A stretch of 64,000 nt of DNA, from positions 124,001 to 188,000 of the forward strand of contig OY986950.1 of the NCBI GenBank assembly GCA_963920595.1, given 5' to 3'. The number at the start of each line of letters is the position of its first letter. The stretch's first letter is position 1. The stretch is from Eimeria praecox. Its lineage: Eukaryota. Below, piece after piece: positions 13,901 to 27,260 of the stretch. A program made the translations under genes and the position numbers. The notes under the pieces were generated by a model that did no database searches, had not been told where the DNA came from, and worked only from the letters and a program-made list of their open reading frames with translations.

Positions 13901-16900
13901 CAGACAATCACTGGAGAATTTGCCGCTGCTGAAAAGCGTATCTGCCCAGTTTCAACCGGATGGAAACATTAAAGCTCATTAGCCCGCTTGGTCCGCCCCT
14001 CTATTGAGAAGAGGTCGCGCCGCGGGGACGAAACGCACAGCGGTGGAGTAGCAGAGCCAAATGATCACGCGCCTGGCGTTCGGGCGCACTCTCTGCGCAG
14101 TCGTCGACTCGAACAACGGCGCACGCTGCATGGAGCCAGAATGCAATTATGCACAATTTTTATTTCAACGCCAACCAACGTCCCCACATGAAGATGCTGA
14201 TCCGCGTATATTGTGCACAGCTGTCAGTTCTAACGCCTTCCGTCGCACGACATTCTGTCTTTTCGAGCCAACAAAGCAGCTTTCACAAGCATCGTTCCGT
14301 ACAAAATCGCCGGCATCTGGTTGTCGCGTGGCTTTTGCTCCCAACGCAATCACTCTGCTTGGTAACGATAAAGCGGCATCGTCATTTGTCCCTAACTGCG
14401 CCCCTCTAATAGCACTTACTGTTTATGAACCGTTCTGTGGCCTTACACTACTCAGAACCTTTTGCAGCGAAACACGCGGAACCCCGCGAACTGGATCGTG
14501 TATAATGATGCCAAGTTCTTTACTGTTAGCTCTATCATTCCTTATAATATTTGTAGCAAGTAGTGCGAGCATACCAACAAATGCACTCTCAGGCCTGAGA
14601 CGAGCACTTGCATAAGGAGTTCTAAAGGCCAGAGTGAATGATATGGCGAAACATGCATCATCTTTTACAAAGCGAAGACTTTGAAGCAGTTTGCTGCATT
14701 CGGCTCCAACAGGCCTCTCGTTACACTTGCAGCTTCATTGCTCCCACATTTTCGCTCAACAAGTCGCCACAGATTCTATTACCTGACGCCACGCACGTTG
14801 TGCATGCGGCGCCTGCCTGCTACGTACTAGCTAAAGTTGCGATAGCCTTCGTACGGAGCTAATGAAATAGTTGCGCCAGCACTCAACGCAGACTCGCCAC
14901 CACTCAGCAAACTTTAGCCTCAATGCCACTGCAGTGCCAAGTTATCTGTGCCCAAAAGATAGCTGTACTCGCTCCGCAGCTTCTCCACAGTAAGGTCAGC
15001 ACCACCCAAAGCGTCTAGCTGCCAACTCCAAGGTTCATTTTTGCAGCTAACTAGAGGCATGTCCAACACGCGCCAAGATGCAAAGAGCATGCGTCCTCTT
15101 CTGGCAAGAATCAACCCTAGGCTGCAGCTCCCAAACTCGGTGGAAACCAGACTGCCGGTCCTATCCGCTGCGAGACACTACCTTGCATCTATAAATGTGC
15201 CTGGGCGTTGCTCTAGGGGCACCGCACGCTCTTGCAGGAATTATGCCTCATGCCAGAAAAATTTAACGAGCCCTTGCTTGCCCGCTGCAAGACAAAATCG
15301 CACCGCAGGCGAGCCCAATGCGTTATTTGGCAACCCGAGAATCGCAATGCCGAGCAAAGCCACCGTGGTTATGCGCGATTTCTTTGCGCATGCAACAGGC
15401 GCTTCACGCGGAACAGTGGCGCTACGCTGGGGCGCCATGTGGCTGTGCCACTGTGCACCCTGGCTGGTGCTCCATGCACCAGCTTGATTAATAACAAGTG
15501 CCATATCTAGCACCTGCATCTGTCCCCCAGCGAATAAAAGACATATATGCCCGTGTGCGGTTTGCTCCACCCCTGCTGCACCCTGATAGATCAAATACTA
15601 CGCTGTTGCCGTCCCGGAAGTCTAAGACTGAATCCGCATATCTCATGCTTCTCAGGATCTTCCATCACCCCCACACAGACATGTACGCATTGTATTTAGC
15701 GCATCCTACTAGAAACTCACTCTTCCGTTTGCAGTGCTCAAAATGCCTCTGTTTTACTAGATGCAGACAACAGAATCCCGGCTACCAACCACGCTCTCTA
15801 ACAATGTTTTCTACCGCCACGGCAAATAGAAAGTAACTATTTATCGTGCAATAGTAGTTCTTTCGTGCCGCATTATGTTGTACCAGTGATCCCTCAGCAC
15901 TCTAACCATAGGCATGCCTGCACTTCGATAAAGAGCACCAACGCGGGGATGTTCAGCAAACTCCCAGGGCCAGCGCTCCTGCAATTCCACCTGCGTATGC
16001 AGCATTTCGATTCTAATCAAAGACCGACCACCAAAACGTCTTAACTGCGCCGTCAGCACTTCTAAACCCTTGTGTGCATTCAGGAAGCAGCTTCCTTTTG
16101 ATGTCCCCTCACTTTCTAGAGTCCCCAACAACTGCGCATGCCTCATTCAAATCTGAGGCGAGAAACCCTCTTAAGCTATTCTCAAGGGATGTACTGCGAC
16201 TCCTCTAGCAGCTCCCCCTTCCATGACTCCCCAAAAATAGACTCCAGCGCTACAAAACCGATATTGCACCTGACTACATTAACTGAGCTCTGGAGTTCAT
16301 GTTCTCTGTTCCAGGCTTATTCGCTCCAGCCCACACCTATGGGAACAACGCTGTCTACGTACGAGCAATAGATGCCAACTCAGATGCGCACCCAAGCTTT
16401 AGTACACATAACCGATGATCAATATTCGGTGCCGCATCACCTATAGATCCCGAGCTGCTGTCCATACACGTGCCTAGTGACACCCGTGAGGCACGCACTT
16501 TCTGTATGGTAAAGGCAGGGCACGTCTTAATAACCGTAGTGCAAGCTTTCCCTAGTTGCTCATCTGACGCTTTCCTCCCCGTCGCAGATTCGTGGAATAT
16601 TTCAACAAAGAAGCAAGCTGACTCTACTACCCGAGCCACCGTAGTACACGTTTGGTTTTCGGCGCGTAAATAACTAGGTACTAGTTTAGTAGTCACCATG
16701 CAGGCGCTGTTCAAAATGCCCATCAGCCACTTGTGCGGGCGCCACTCACGAGCTGCGAGAAACGGCACTGCTTATAATGCCAAAAACGCCCATCAGAACC
16801 TTCTTCGCATACAGCAGGCGAACCCAGTAAGCACATGCTGCAGCAATACCAGCGCAAGCAGCAACCTTTCCTACTCAATGAACCTCCGCCCCACCGGGTG

Positions 16901-18549
16901 CGTCAAACCATAAACCCTGCATGCGCACGCCACTTCACGCCAAGCGCATACACACAAACGCTAACACATAAAATGAGCCCACCAAGACAAAGCTTCTTTC
17001 TGTAGTAGTAGCGCTAATTTGTAGAGCTCCTACTGCCCACATTCGATCCGCAAAGCATGAATAATTGCAGCCCCAGATCCCGCGTCATTGACTATAGCTA
17101 CAGAGGAAAATACCTGCAGGCTGATGCAACAATGTATGATGAGATGTAATGCAGGTGCTCTGTCCACCCAGCTTCACGCCCAAAGCAATGTACCACTTTT
17201 TCTCCGTACCCATGCTAACGCAGTTGACAGATAGATACCAGGTTATACATGGCGCGCAGGGAACTACAGGTGTGTCCAGAGGGAACACTCCCGCGGCAAA
17301 CGCTCTTGTACAGCAGCGCACAGAGGGCCCAAAAAGCGAGTGGTGCAGTTTCCACTAGCCCAGTGCATACGTGACTGATGCAGATGAAATGCAGAATGCC
17401 CCTACGCGCACACCATTGAAGGCATGCATTTGATGTGGCTTGCTCCGTATACCAGCGGCTAGCACCTGGGACGCTAGATTCAGCATCCATCCAGCTGCCA
17501 CGGCAGAAAGCGCACTGTCTAACCCAGCAAATATGCAGTGTTAGAGGGAAAAAGAAGCCCGTGTAAGGTTGGGTCTCAAGCAACGGCTTGTGCACGCCCG
17601 CTGCTCGTATGCAAGAATGCATCCGATCCACGAAAAGATCTATCCTTAACGTAGCGCATGACCGCCAGCCATGCCGAGGACCCCTTATCCAACCTGCCCA
17701 AAACGCAGCCACCGAATCAGGGGTCCCGAAAGATAGGCTTGGGACTGCTTGACTGCAACTTAAACGCGTGGAGGCAAAAGACGACCAATACCTGCAGCAA
17801 ACACAGATAACTAGCTTTACTGCAGGCGGAGTCGAAAAGCACTTGACTGCGTCTTTCCTCGTTTGTTATTCGCGTGCACCTAAAATGCTTCGGAATTTAT
17901 TGTCCAAGCTCTAAACACGGCTAACACCTCATTGGCGACATCCAAGATCAGCCAGCGCGACAGACACTCGCTGGAGAATTTGCCGCTGCTGAAAAGCGTA
18001 TCTGCCCAGTTGCAACCGGGTGGAAACATTAAAGCTCATTAGCCCACTTGCTCCGCCCCTCTATTGAGTAGAGACCGCGCCGCAGGAACCAATGGCAGGA
18101 TGGACAAGCATAAAGGGCAAAACCTCGCGCCCCTCATATTGCAACGGACGTCCTGTGCAGTAAACGACTCCAGAATCGGGGTATGCTTTGGACAGCGAAC
18201 AACGCGCTGTGCATGCTTTTCATTTCAGCCTCTCCTCGGTGATCCTACTGCGCTATCGCTTAGAAAAATCGAAGTTACGCGAAAAAAATGCTAACACGCA
18301 GGGCGCATTCCCGCACGTACATGGGCCTGATCATGAAAGATACCTCTCAGTAACGCACTAGCTAAACAATCCCACTTCCAAGTCTACGGGCACACAGATT
18401 GTAGTTGTAAATGGGAACAGCTGACTAATAGCTATCAGATGCCCAACATCGGCATGCTGCTTGGGTACAGCAGGAAACGCTAGACTTGTTCACGCAGCAC
18501 CGATAGACACTCGTCGCCATGCAAGTTACATCGTGTGAGGGCATCTGCA

Positions 18550-19950
18550 GAGTGAGCCAGCGTGCATCCCTGCGGATTACTACAGGGGTCATTTGTTTCT
18601 ATAAGGCAGCTTATGGCAACGCTTGCGATCATTAGAGCTTGTAAGCACCACTTGCAAAACAATGATTCAGGTCTAAAGATGAATGTGATGCCCACTTCCT
18701 GAAAGGGTGACAAGCCATGCCACACGCAGTTGAGACCCCGTGCTCGAATTCATCGGTGGGAATGACACCTCAACCCATTCCACGACCTGAATGCCTATTG
18801 ACTGCAAAGACTTACCTCCGCATGCAGCATAATGCGTTCCGCCGTTTCCACGGTTTCCAGCTGCCACAGGAGCGATCCAATAAGTGCATACATTTGCGGA
18901 TGGACACCGGGGCGCCACTAGTCGCTTGAACTTACAAATTATCATTCTGCTCGAGCGCAGCCAAAAACCGTCCCAGTGCTTTTGCTTGCCAATGCTATCA
19001 AAAGCGTTTTTAGCTACCGTTCTCCGCTGACCGATCATTATCCTCCCGTTTCAGCAAGGAGCGTTAAGAGCACACTTCTTCTACCCTCGTAGGTCATGTG
19101 CCACCTCAGTGTCTTGCCGAAGGCCAGAGCTTGCACTTGTGGTTTCAGTGTCTTCCCTTACCACAAATACGAACCGGCTCAGTGAATTCAACGAACTTAG
19201 CCAAAGAGCTGTCAACCTCACAGGCAAAATTCGCTTGTTTCAGCGTATCCAAAGCCAACACGCCCGCTTCTGCGTCTATTCTACACGCCTCGGCGGTAGT
19301 TTTATCGTGGCAGTATGCACGCACTGCCTGAAACCGCGCACGATCGAGCAGTAGCCATGGAGCCGCCAATGCATGCAACGATTTCAGCATATTTTCAAGC
19401 CTCACACTGAGATTCCTCTTTGAATGCCATCCCTGACCGAATAAACCACCACAATCCACGAAGGCGGCCGTCTATACCTGAGGCACCATGTCTTTGTTGT
19501 GATCATCCACTGACTCATTTAGCTGTCCACAACCAAACGCTCACCGCAAGCGCATTTGAAGCACAAAATTGTAAGCAAAATAGCCTTAGCTCTAACATAT
19601 AAAGCAGCTTTCATTATAACCGCACATACACCAGTTCACCATGTGGTCTGCCACAGTGATATTTTCCAATCAAGGCAGACGAAAGCTCAAAACGCATCGA
19701 CTGACAAAGCTGGTGCTATCAAAGGCGTACGAAATGCGCTTGCAGCACGGCGCCAGTCTCGACAAGGGAACAGCAGTCATAATGCGCGGATCTTCTCATT
19801 TATAGGCGCATTCCAAACTGGATATCGCAATATGCGAGGCAATGTGCGTTAGCGCAAGGTTTGTTTTTTGAGACAGAAACAACAGCAGCCCTTGGCTAAA
19901 GGCAAATGCCCCCCGGACGACTAGCACCATCACTGGTCTCTGAGAATGAT
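18550..19950 (-). pseudogene. More diverged RT to RNase H remnant between blocks B and C
   Basis: 19680-19950 is a diverged version of the block C RT N-terminus. LALDTLKQA...FTEPVRI marks the RT/RNase H connection, and LRVAWLVTLSGSGHHIH (~VARWLDFLAEFxDLHITY) follows. Confidence 0.5.
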
Positions 19951-21349
19951 GCTGGGCAGGGCTATGCCTTATGATCCGCTTTTCTCAAATGCCGCGTCGA
20001 ACAAACTCTCATTGACAATGAGCATGCCCGTACTCCCTGCACCAGGAGGGCGCCTCGATACGCAACGTGATGCGCACACCCTCATATTGCTGAATTGATG
20101 CACTCCTCTGCAACTCGCGTTCATATAGTGCTTCCACAAAGCAGCCCGCAGGCCATGTCAGCAGAGCATGCCTCGCCATGCTCTGTGTACCAAGCATTTG
20201 CTTGCTGCTGCTCAAGACCTACAATTGCTATTCGTCGATTCGTAACACCGCAGCAGGGCAAATGATTACATGCCGTTCCAAACAGCGCATCCGCGCAGCT
20301 TTACTGCCTCCACATTTCCATGCAGCTGCAGAAAGCGTGCTTTGGTCCAGCAGCCTCCCAACTGCACATCCCATGGCAAACGCATTTGACGAAATCACCA
20401 GGTCTACCTTAGGAGACGCCTTGCTAGAGATCTGTCGCCCACGAGAGAATCTCCCCAAACACTCCAGTGCCAATGTGCACTCGCGTTTATACCTTCTTCT
20501 ACAAAACGTAGAAATCCAGCTTCCCTGCAACGTCGATACGCGAAACAGCACCTATGCAAAAGGCAAATTCCTCTCCCGACTCAAGCAAAAGTGTGCCATT
20601 CCCTTAGGACATCACAACCCGCAGGAATTCCTGTCCTTGCTACAGGTGTATGGTCCAACTCTGCAATAGCTGGCATACCGTATGCCCGATGCTAGTTGGC
20701 CGATCTAAGCCGCTACTCAGCCGACCAAACAGGCTCGACAGAAGCACTCCATTAAATTCTCGCATAAACGCGACGCACAACCTGAGCACAATGCCGCCTA
20801 TCGCTGCTCCAGATGACGTAATCGACGCCATGAACACAGTGAACCGGGCCTCCATCCCCATGAGCAGCAGGGTAGACCAAGTACAGGGAAGGCCATGTAC
20901 TCCGCATCCAATAAACCCCTTCCCTACCCGGCGCACTAAGTTAGTGCCGCCTCACGCGCATCACCAAGGGGGGGAAGCACTAATGCACAAAGGCAGTTTC
21001 CATAGGAAGCATCGCATTCCGTCAAGAATCATCTATTCTCAGCGGAGTCAAAGCCAGGTTCAACACAAACCAAGCTTAACTAGTTGCATTCGCAAGACCC
21101 ACTTCAGCCACCAGAGCCCAGAACGATAAGCCTCCTCCTTTCTGGTTCAACGCACAGCAAAAGGTGATTGCAAATACATGAAAAAGATGCATACGTCCCC
21201 ACCGTGAAGTGTTCGCGTTCCAGTGTTCAACGGAAGGAAAGGAGACAGAATGCCCTGATTGGATTCACCCGTAGCCTGCGATGTTGGCAGCATATCACAG
21301 GTGAGAGTCTCGGAAATGCAAAAGGTCGCAGCTTGCTCCGCAATCACTT

Positions 21350-21720
21350 ACAAAGTGCTTGTCATTCTACTGAGTCGTCCAGGGAGGGGGAGGCGCAGCT
21401 GCAGCGGTGTGCGACCCTGTGCGTTCTTTGCTGCATACGTGCATCCAATGCTGCTAGTATTTTGCATCCATGCATGTCGGGCGCTAACTGTGGCATGCAT
21501 GCAAGCGTTTCTGCACATAGGCACACTTTCTAACACAGCATAGAAGCAGTGCTGGAATGCAAGGGCTATGCGTGTGCAACGGCAAGCCTTGCAGTACGTG
21601 TTGCATTTGCAGCTCGCCGACAGCTGCTTCCACAACGTGTGCCAATGTCTACGCTGTAAGGAACATATCCGCGCCAGTCAACCCGAATTTCCTTGCTGCC
21701 AATTCGATCTAGGCTTTATT
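21350..21720 (-). pseudogene. Integrase core remnant of the block C family
   Basis: LWKQLSASCKC (~LWQQLCxRFNI) and HAWMQNTSSIGCTYAAKNAQGRTPLQL (~WxxLLPALELAYN...TxxSPFEV). Confidence 0.6.
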
Positions 21721-24700
21721 TTGACAGCCGTGATGTCCTAGCCGTACTCATTTATAGGCTTATACGAAGCTAAGGTGAAGCCACATTCTGGGCGATGCGC
21801 GTTAACCAAGGTCTGTTGCTTAGGCAGGAACAATCACAGTTTTTGACCAACGGCAAATGGCCCAGACAGGCTGACCCCATCATTGGCGCATGCGGCTAGA
21901 ACTCCGCAGTGCTCTATCACATAATCCGCCTTTCCTAATGCTACTTTGAATGACGCAACATCGACAATGGGCATGATCGCACTTCCTGCAGCAGAAACGC
22001 GGGAAGCTAACGACCGCGATACGCACACCCTCATATTGCTGAATTGATGCACTCCTCTGCAACTCGTGTTCATATAGTGCTTCCACAAAGCAGCCCGCAG
22101 GCCATGTCAGCAGAACATGCCACGCCATGCTCTGTGTACCAAGCATTTGCTTGCTGCTGCTCAAGACCTACAATTGCTATTCGTCGATTCGTAACACCGC
22201 AACAGGGCAAACGATTACATGCCGTTCCAAACAGCGCATCCGCGCAGCTTTACTGCCTCCACATTTCCATGCAGCTGCAGAAAGCGTGCTTTGGTCCAGC
22301 GGCCTCCCAACTGCACATCCCATGGCAAACGCATTTGACGAAATCACCAGGTCTACCTTAGGAGACGCCTTGCTAGAGATCTGTCGCCCATGAGAGAATC
22401 TTCCCAAGCACTCCACTGCCACTGTGCACTCTCTTTTATGCCTTCTTCTACAAAACATAGAAATCCAGCTTCCCTGTCATGCCGAGACGCGAAACAGCAC
22501 CTATGCAAAAGGCAAATTCCTCTCCCGACTCAAGCAAAAGTGTGCCATTCCCTTAGGACATTACAACCCGCAGGAATTCCTGTCCTTGCTACAGGTGTAT
22601 GGTCCAACTCTGCAATAGATGGCATACCGTGTGCCCGATGCTGGTTGGCCCATCTAAGCCGCTACTCAGTCGACCAAACAGGCTCGACAGAAGCACTCCA
22701 TTAAATTCTCGCATAAACGCGACGCACAACCTGAGCACAATGCCGCCTATCGCTGCTCCAGATGACGTAATCGACGCCATGGACACAGTGAACCGGGCCT
22801 CCATCCCCATGAGCAGCAGGGTAGACCAAGTACAGGGAAGGCCACGTACTCCGCATCCAATAAACCCCTTCCCTGCCCCGGCGCACTAAGTTGTAAGTGC
22901 CGCGTCACGCGCATCACCAAGGGGGCGAAACACTAACACACAAAGGCAGTTTCCATAGCAAGCATCGCATTCCGTCAAGAATCATCCATTCTCAGTGAAA
23001 TCAAAGCCAGGCTCAACACAAACCAAGCTTAACTAGTTGCATTTGCAAGACCCACTTCAGCCACCACAGCCCAGAAACATCGACCGTCCGTCCCCACCGT
23101 GAAGTGTTCGCGTTCCAGTGTGCAACGGAAGGAAAGGAGACAGAATGCCCTGATTGGGTTCACCCGTAGCCTGCGATGTTGGCAACATATCACAGGTGAG
23201 GGTCTCGCAAATGCAAAAGGTCGCAGCTTGCTCCGCAATCACTTACAAAGTGCTTGTCGTTCTACTGAGTCGTCCAGGCAGGGGGAGGCGCAGCTGCAGC
23301 GGTGTGCGGCCTTGGGTGTTTATTGCTGCACGCATGCATCCAATGCTGCTAGTATTTTATTTGCCCTAAATAGCTCGGGCGCTAACTGTGGCATGCATGC
23401 AAGCGTTTATGCACATAGACACACTTTCTAACACAGCATAGTAGGAGTGCTCCAGTGAAGGCGACAAGTGTTGCCCATGCAGCGCTTCCACAAGCATCCA
23501 CACCAAATGTGCCAATATCTACGCTGTAAGCCGCATATCCGTGCCAGTGAACCTGAACCTATTTGCTGACCATCCGGTTCATGCTTCTTTGCTGTTCAAT
23601 ACGTCCTACGCACAACTCAGGTATTCGGCTAACAGCCAAAGCAAAAGCTGCCTGAACACGGTGCTTATCTACGGCAATGTGCGCCGCTTCTTCTTCGTCT
23701 CCTAGCCTTTGGTTCCAACGCTGTACACCAGCCTCTAGTAGCATGCCCCTTCAAACGAATATCAACACGGAGAGGAATTATTGAATAATTTGTGCTTTTC
23801 TTTGCGCTTGCGTGCTGGGCCATTAGCTGCGGAACATCTGGCATTGCTACGCGAGCGTCGAAGATCCAGCTTTCACTCAAGATGTGGGCCGGAGACATAC
23901 AAAACCCTATGCCGTCAGGAAGGCATATCCCCTAGCCTTCTATCTTAACATACCTCCTGTAGCGATGTCAGTATGAGGTATCGGGCAGCATATATCAGTT
24001 TATTTAAAGGCGTCTGGCCCACAGCCTTCCACATGGTGCCTGCTGAACTCTTCCTTTTGATGTGGCCCCACGTAGTGTAAAACCTGCTTGCAAAGTCACC
24101 AGGCATGAATTCGTTGGATGCCGCCACAAACAAGTAAAGCATGCCTGGCACAACCTGTCCCCTGAGATTCGCGGGAAACGGCGTCATCGAAAGCCCTGCC
24201 AACTAAAGAGACGGCCTTCACGTGTTGTGCATCGTCCTTCACCGGACCAAGTTTTCGACTTCGCAAGCCGCCTGCAGATCGAGCAGTTCCAGGCAGCGCT
24301 GACTCTTCTCTCCACCACGAGCTCGCGAACTACGTTACACAATCTATCATTAAAAGATGCGCCCCCACATGATTTATGCCTGCACACTGCGTAGCAAGAG
24401 CGCACTATCTGCATGTCGGCAACAGCTGCGGCAACACGGCGGCTTACGTGCATTTTCAAGTATCACAAGCGCCTGCCTTTCGGGTATAGTCCAAACACCA
24501 GCGTGCAGTCAGCCTAACCCAGGCAAAATTGATAGGGTTGCTGACGAGATCGTACAGCAAATAGACACAAAATAAAAGCTGCAGTCAAATCTACATCAAC
24601 TCCCCATCCAGCAGACATAAGCCTATCCTAGCATCTAAGTAGAGGCTAGTCACACTCCTCCCAGAACGCATGCAAGATACGTCGCTATGTTTGCGAGGGC

Positions 24701-25399
24701 TAACTGCCTCTGTTTTGTTCCATCTGGGGCCCCCTGATCCACCGCAAGCAGAAGCTAAGACCACACTGCCGCATCGATTCCTACTAAATGCTAAGGGCAC
24801 AATGGCCCATCGATATTGTTTGTGGAAAACCAGTATCATAAGTAAGGAACTGTATCAATCGCTGCAGTATTACAATGGTTCCTGTGCGTGGACATCAGCA
24901 CCATCGCAAGCCCAATGAAATCATACAGGCCAGCAGTAAACATAAAAAACGGGAAGCAGGCATGATCCTCTCCAGCGCAAACCAGCTGCTACCCGCACAC
25001 CTGATCTACATATAAAGGGAAAGTCACACCTGGACAGCTCCTTGGTCCTTGAGCACGATGCTCTTGAACCGCTATCGGTACTCCGGCATACACGTATTCG
25101 GGAGCACCCACCAGCAAACCGTAATCACATGCTCCAAACAGGCGCAGCTCAACTATCATGGTGCATCATTTTCACACCGCCTACCTGTGTTCCAGCGTCT
25201 TACAAGAGCCCGACCTCTGCTTGCCACTCCACGAAACTTCTTTGCCTCCACAGTAGAATGTTCGTCCGGTAGCCGCATGCGCTCCCTTCGCAGAAACAAG
25301 CAGTGAGACCAACCTTGCTCCACCCTGCTAGGTTGCGCACCACTCTGTTGGTGTGGCGAGGGTTCCAGCCTACACTTGCTTGTCTCAGTGGTTTCCCTA

Positions 25400-26320
25400 A
25401 CCATAAACACGGGCCGGGACCCACTGAATTAAACCCACACAACCCGAGACTCATAAACGTTCCCTTCGAGCCATAGATTTGATTCAAATTCCTTCAAGAG
25501 CGAGAGCCTGCCGCCGCTGCCGGTGCTCAGCTTATTCCATGCTGCTAATCTCCACGCACTTCCTGATGTCGTGTGCAATCAACCAAATGCCACTCAGCCG
25601 CCAGTGCATGTAACGAGTTCAACGCATCTGCAAGTCTCCAACTGAACTTCTACTGCAGTTGCTCGTCCTCTACCCACAGAAAAGCACACAGTGAACCGAA
25701 TCGATCCACGGATGTGTGCGCAAAAGCCTAAATACGTGGGCTGCAGTCGTCTTGGTACAAGCACCCTCGAAGGCCTTTAGCTGTCTGGCTGAAAACGCCT
25801 CCACAAAGGCGTAATTTAAGCGCAATTTAAGCAGGCATAGACCAGACCATTAGCCTTAGCCCTAGCGCATCGAGCAGGTGCCATTAATGATCAAGCGCAT
25901 GCCACCGTATCCTCTCATCTATCGCAGCTGCGGTTTCCCAGTCAACGCAGACGAAAGCTCAAAACTCATCGACTGAAAATGCGGGTGCTACCCAACGTGT
26001 ACGCTAATGCGCCTGCAGCACGGCGCCAATCTCAACAAGGGAACAGCAGTCATAATGCGGACCTACTCATTTGTAGGCGTATTGCAAAACAACAAGGTGC
26101 CCTATACATGCCAGTTGATGTGCCTGCTGCTCGAAGTAGAACCAATAGCAGCCTTTGGCCAAAGGCAAATGGCACTAACAGGCCGAAACCATAACTGGCA
26201 CATGCGATTGGAACTCCACAGTGCTCTGCCCTCTGATACGCGCTTCCCAAAAGCCACGTCGAACAAACTCTCATGGACAATGAGCATGCCCGCACTTTCT
26301 GCAACAGAGGCGCGGAAACC
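25400..26320 (-). pseudogene. Reverse transcriptase remnant of the block C unit (repeated in every C/D unit)
   Basis: In order: QLWFRPVSAIC (~GWIxPxxSP), VPLLRL (~FPLPRI), GYGGMRLIING (~EYxVMPFGLxG), TYLGF (~TYLGH). No intact YxDD seen. Confidence 0.6.
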
Positions 26321-26899
26321 TAAAGAACGTGATACGCACACCCTCTTGCTGCTGAATTGATGCAGTCCTCTGCAGCTCGCGTCCATATAGTGCTTCCACA
26401 AAGCAGCCTGCAGGCCATGTCAGCAGAGCATGCCTCGCCATGCTCTGTGTACCAAGCATTTGCTTGCTGCTGCTCAAGACCTACAATTGCTATTCGTCGA
26501 TTCGTAACACCGCAACAGGGCAAACGATTACATGCCGCTCCAAACAGCGCATCCGCAGCAGCTTTACTGCCTCCACATTTCCATGCAGCTGCAGAAAGCG
26601 TGCTTTGGTCCAGCGGCCTCCCAACTGCACATCCCATGGCAAACGCATTTAACGAAATCACCAGGTCTACCTTAGGAGACGCCTTGCTAGAGATCTGTCG
26701 CCCATGAGAGAATCTTCCCAAGCACTCCACTGCCACTGTGCACTCGCTTTTATGCCTTCTTCTACAAAACATAGAAATCCAGCTTCCCTGCCACGTTGAG
26801 ACGCGAAACAGCACCTATGCAAAAGGCAAATTCCTCTCCCGACTCAAGCAAAAGTGTGCCATTCCCTTAGGACATCACAACCCGCAGGAATTCCTGTCC

Positions 26900-27260
26900 T
26901 TGCTACAGCTGTATGGCCCAACTCTGCAATAGATGGCATACCGTATGCCCGATGCTGGTTGGCCCATCTAAGCTGCTTCTTAGTCGACCAAACAGGCTCG
27001 ACAAAAGCACTCCATTAAATTCTCACATAAATGCGACTCACAAGCTGCTCGCAATGCCACCTATCGTTGCTCCAGAGGACGTAATCGACGCCATGAACAC
27101 AGTGAACCGGGACTCCATCCCCATGAGCAGCAGGGTAGACCAAGTACAGGGAAGGCCACGTACTCACCATCCAATAAACCCCTTCCCTGCCCCGGCGCAC
27201 TAAGTTGTAAGTGCCGCCTCACGCGCATCACCAAGGGGGCGAAACACTAACACATAAAGG
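26900..27260 (-). pseudogene. Aspartic protease remnant of the block C unit
   Basis: LQLSAPGQGRGLLD at ~27170-27210 (GRGLLDAEY in the 22850 copy, ~LLDTGA), then a GLDxxT-like motif (LSSGLDGPT in the 22650 copy, ~LVVGLDWLT). Confidence 0.55.

Larger units (their letters stand above)
8090..18085. repeat. Tandem block B, period 3,848/3,882 bp, ~2.6 copies (starts ~8090, ~11930, ~15812)
   Basis: ORF sets recur at 8625/12473/16355 and 10213/14061. There is a 34 bp indel at 15481-15514. The third copy has an extra ~180 bp (~17770-17950) and ends ~18085. Confidence 0.95.
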
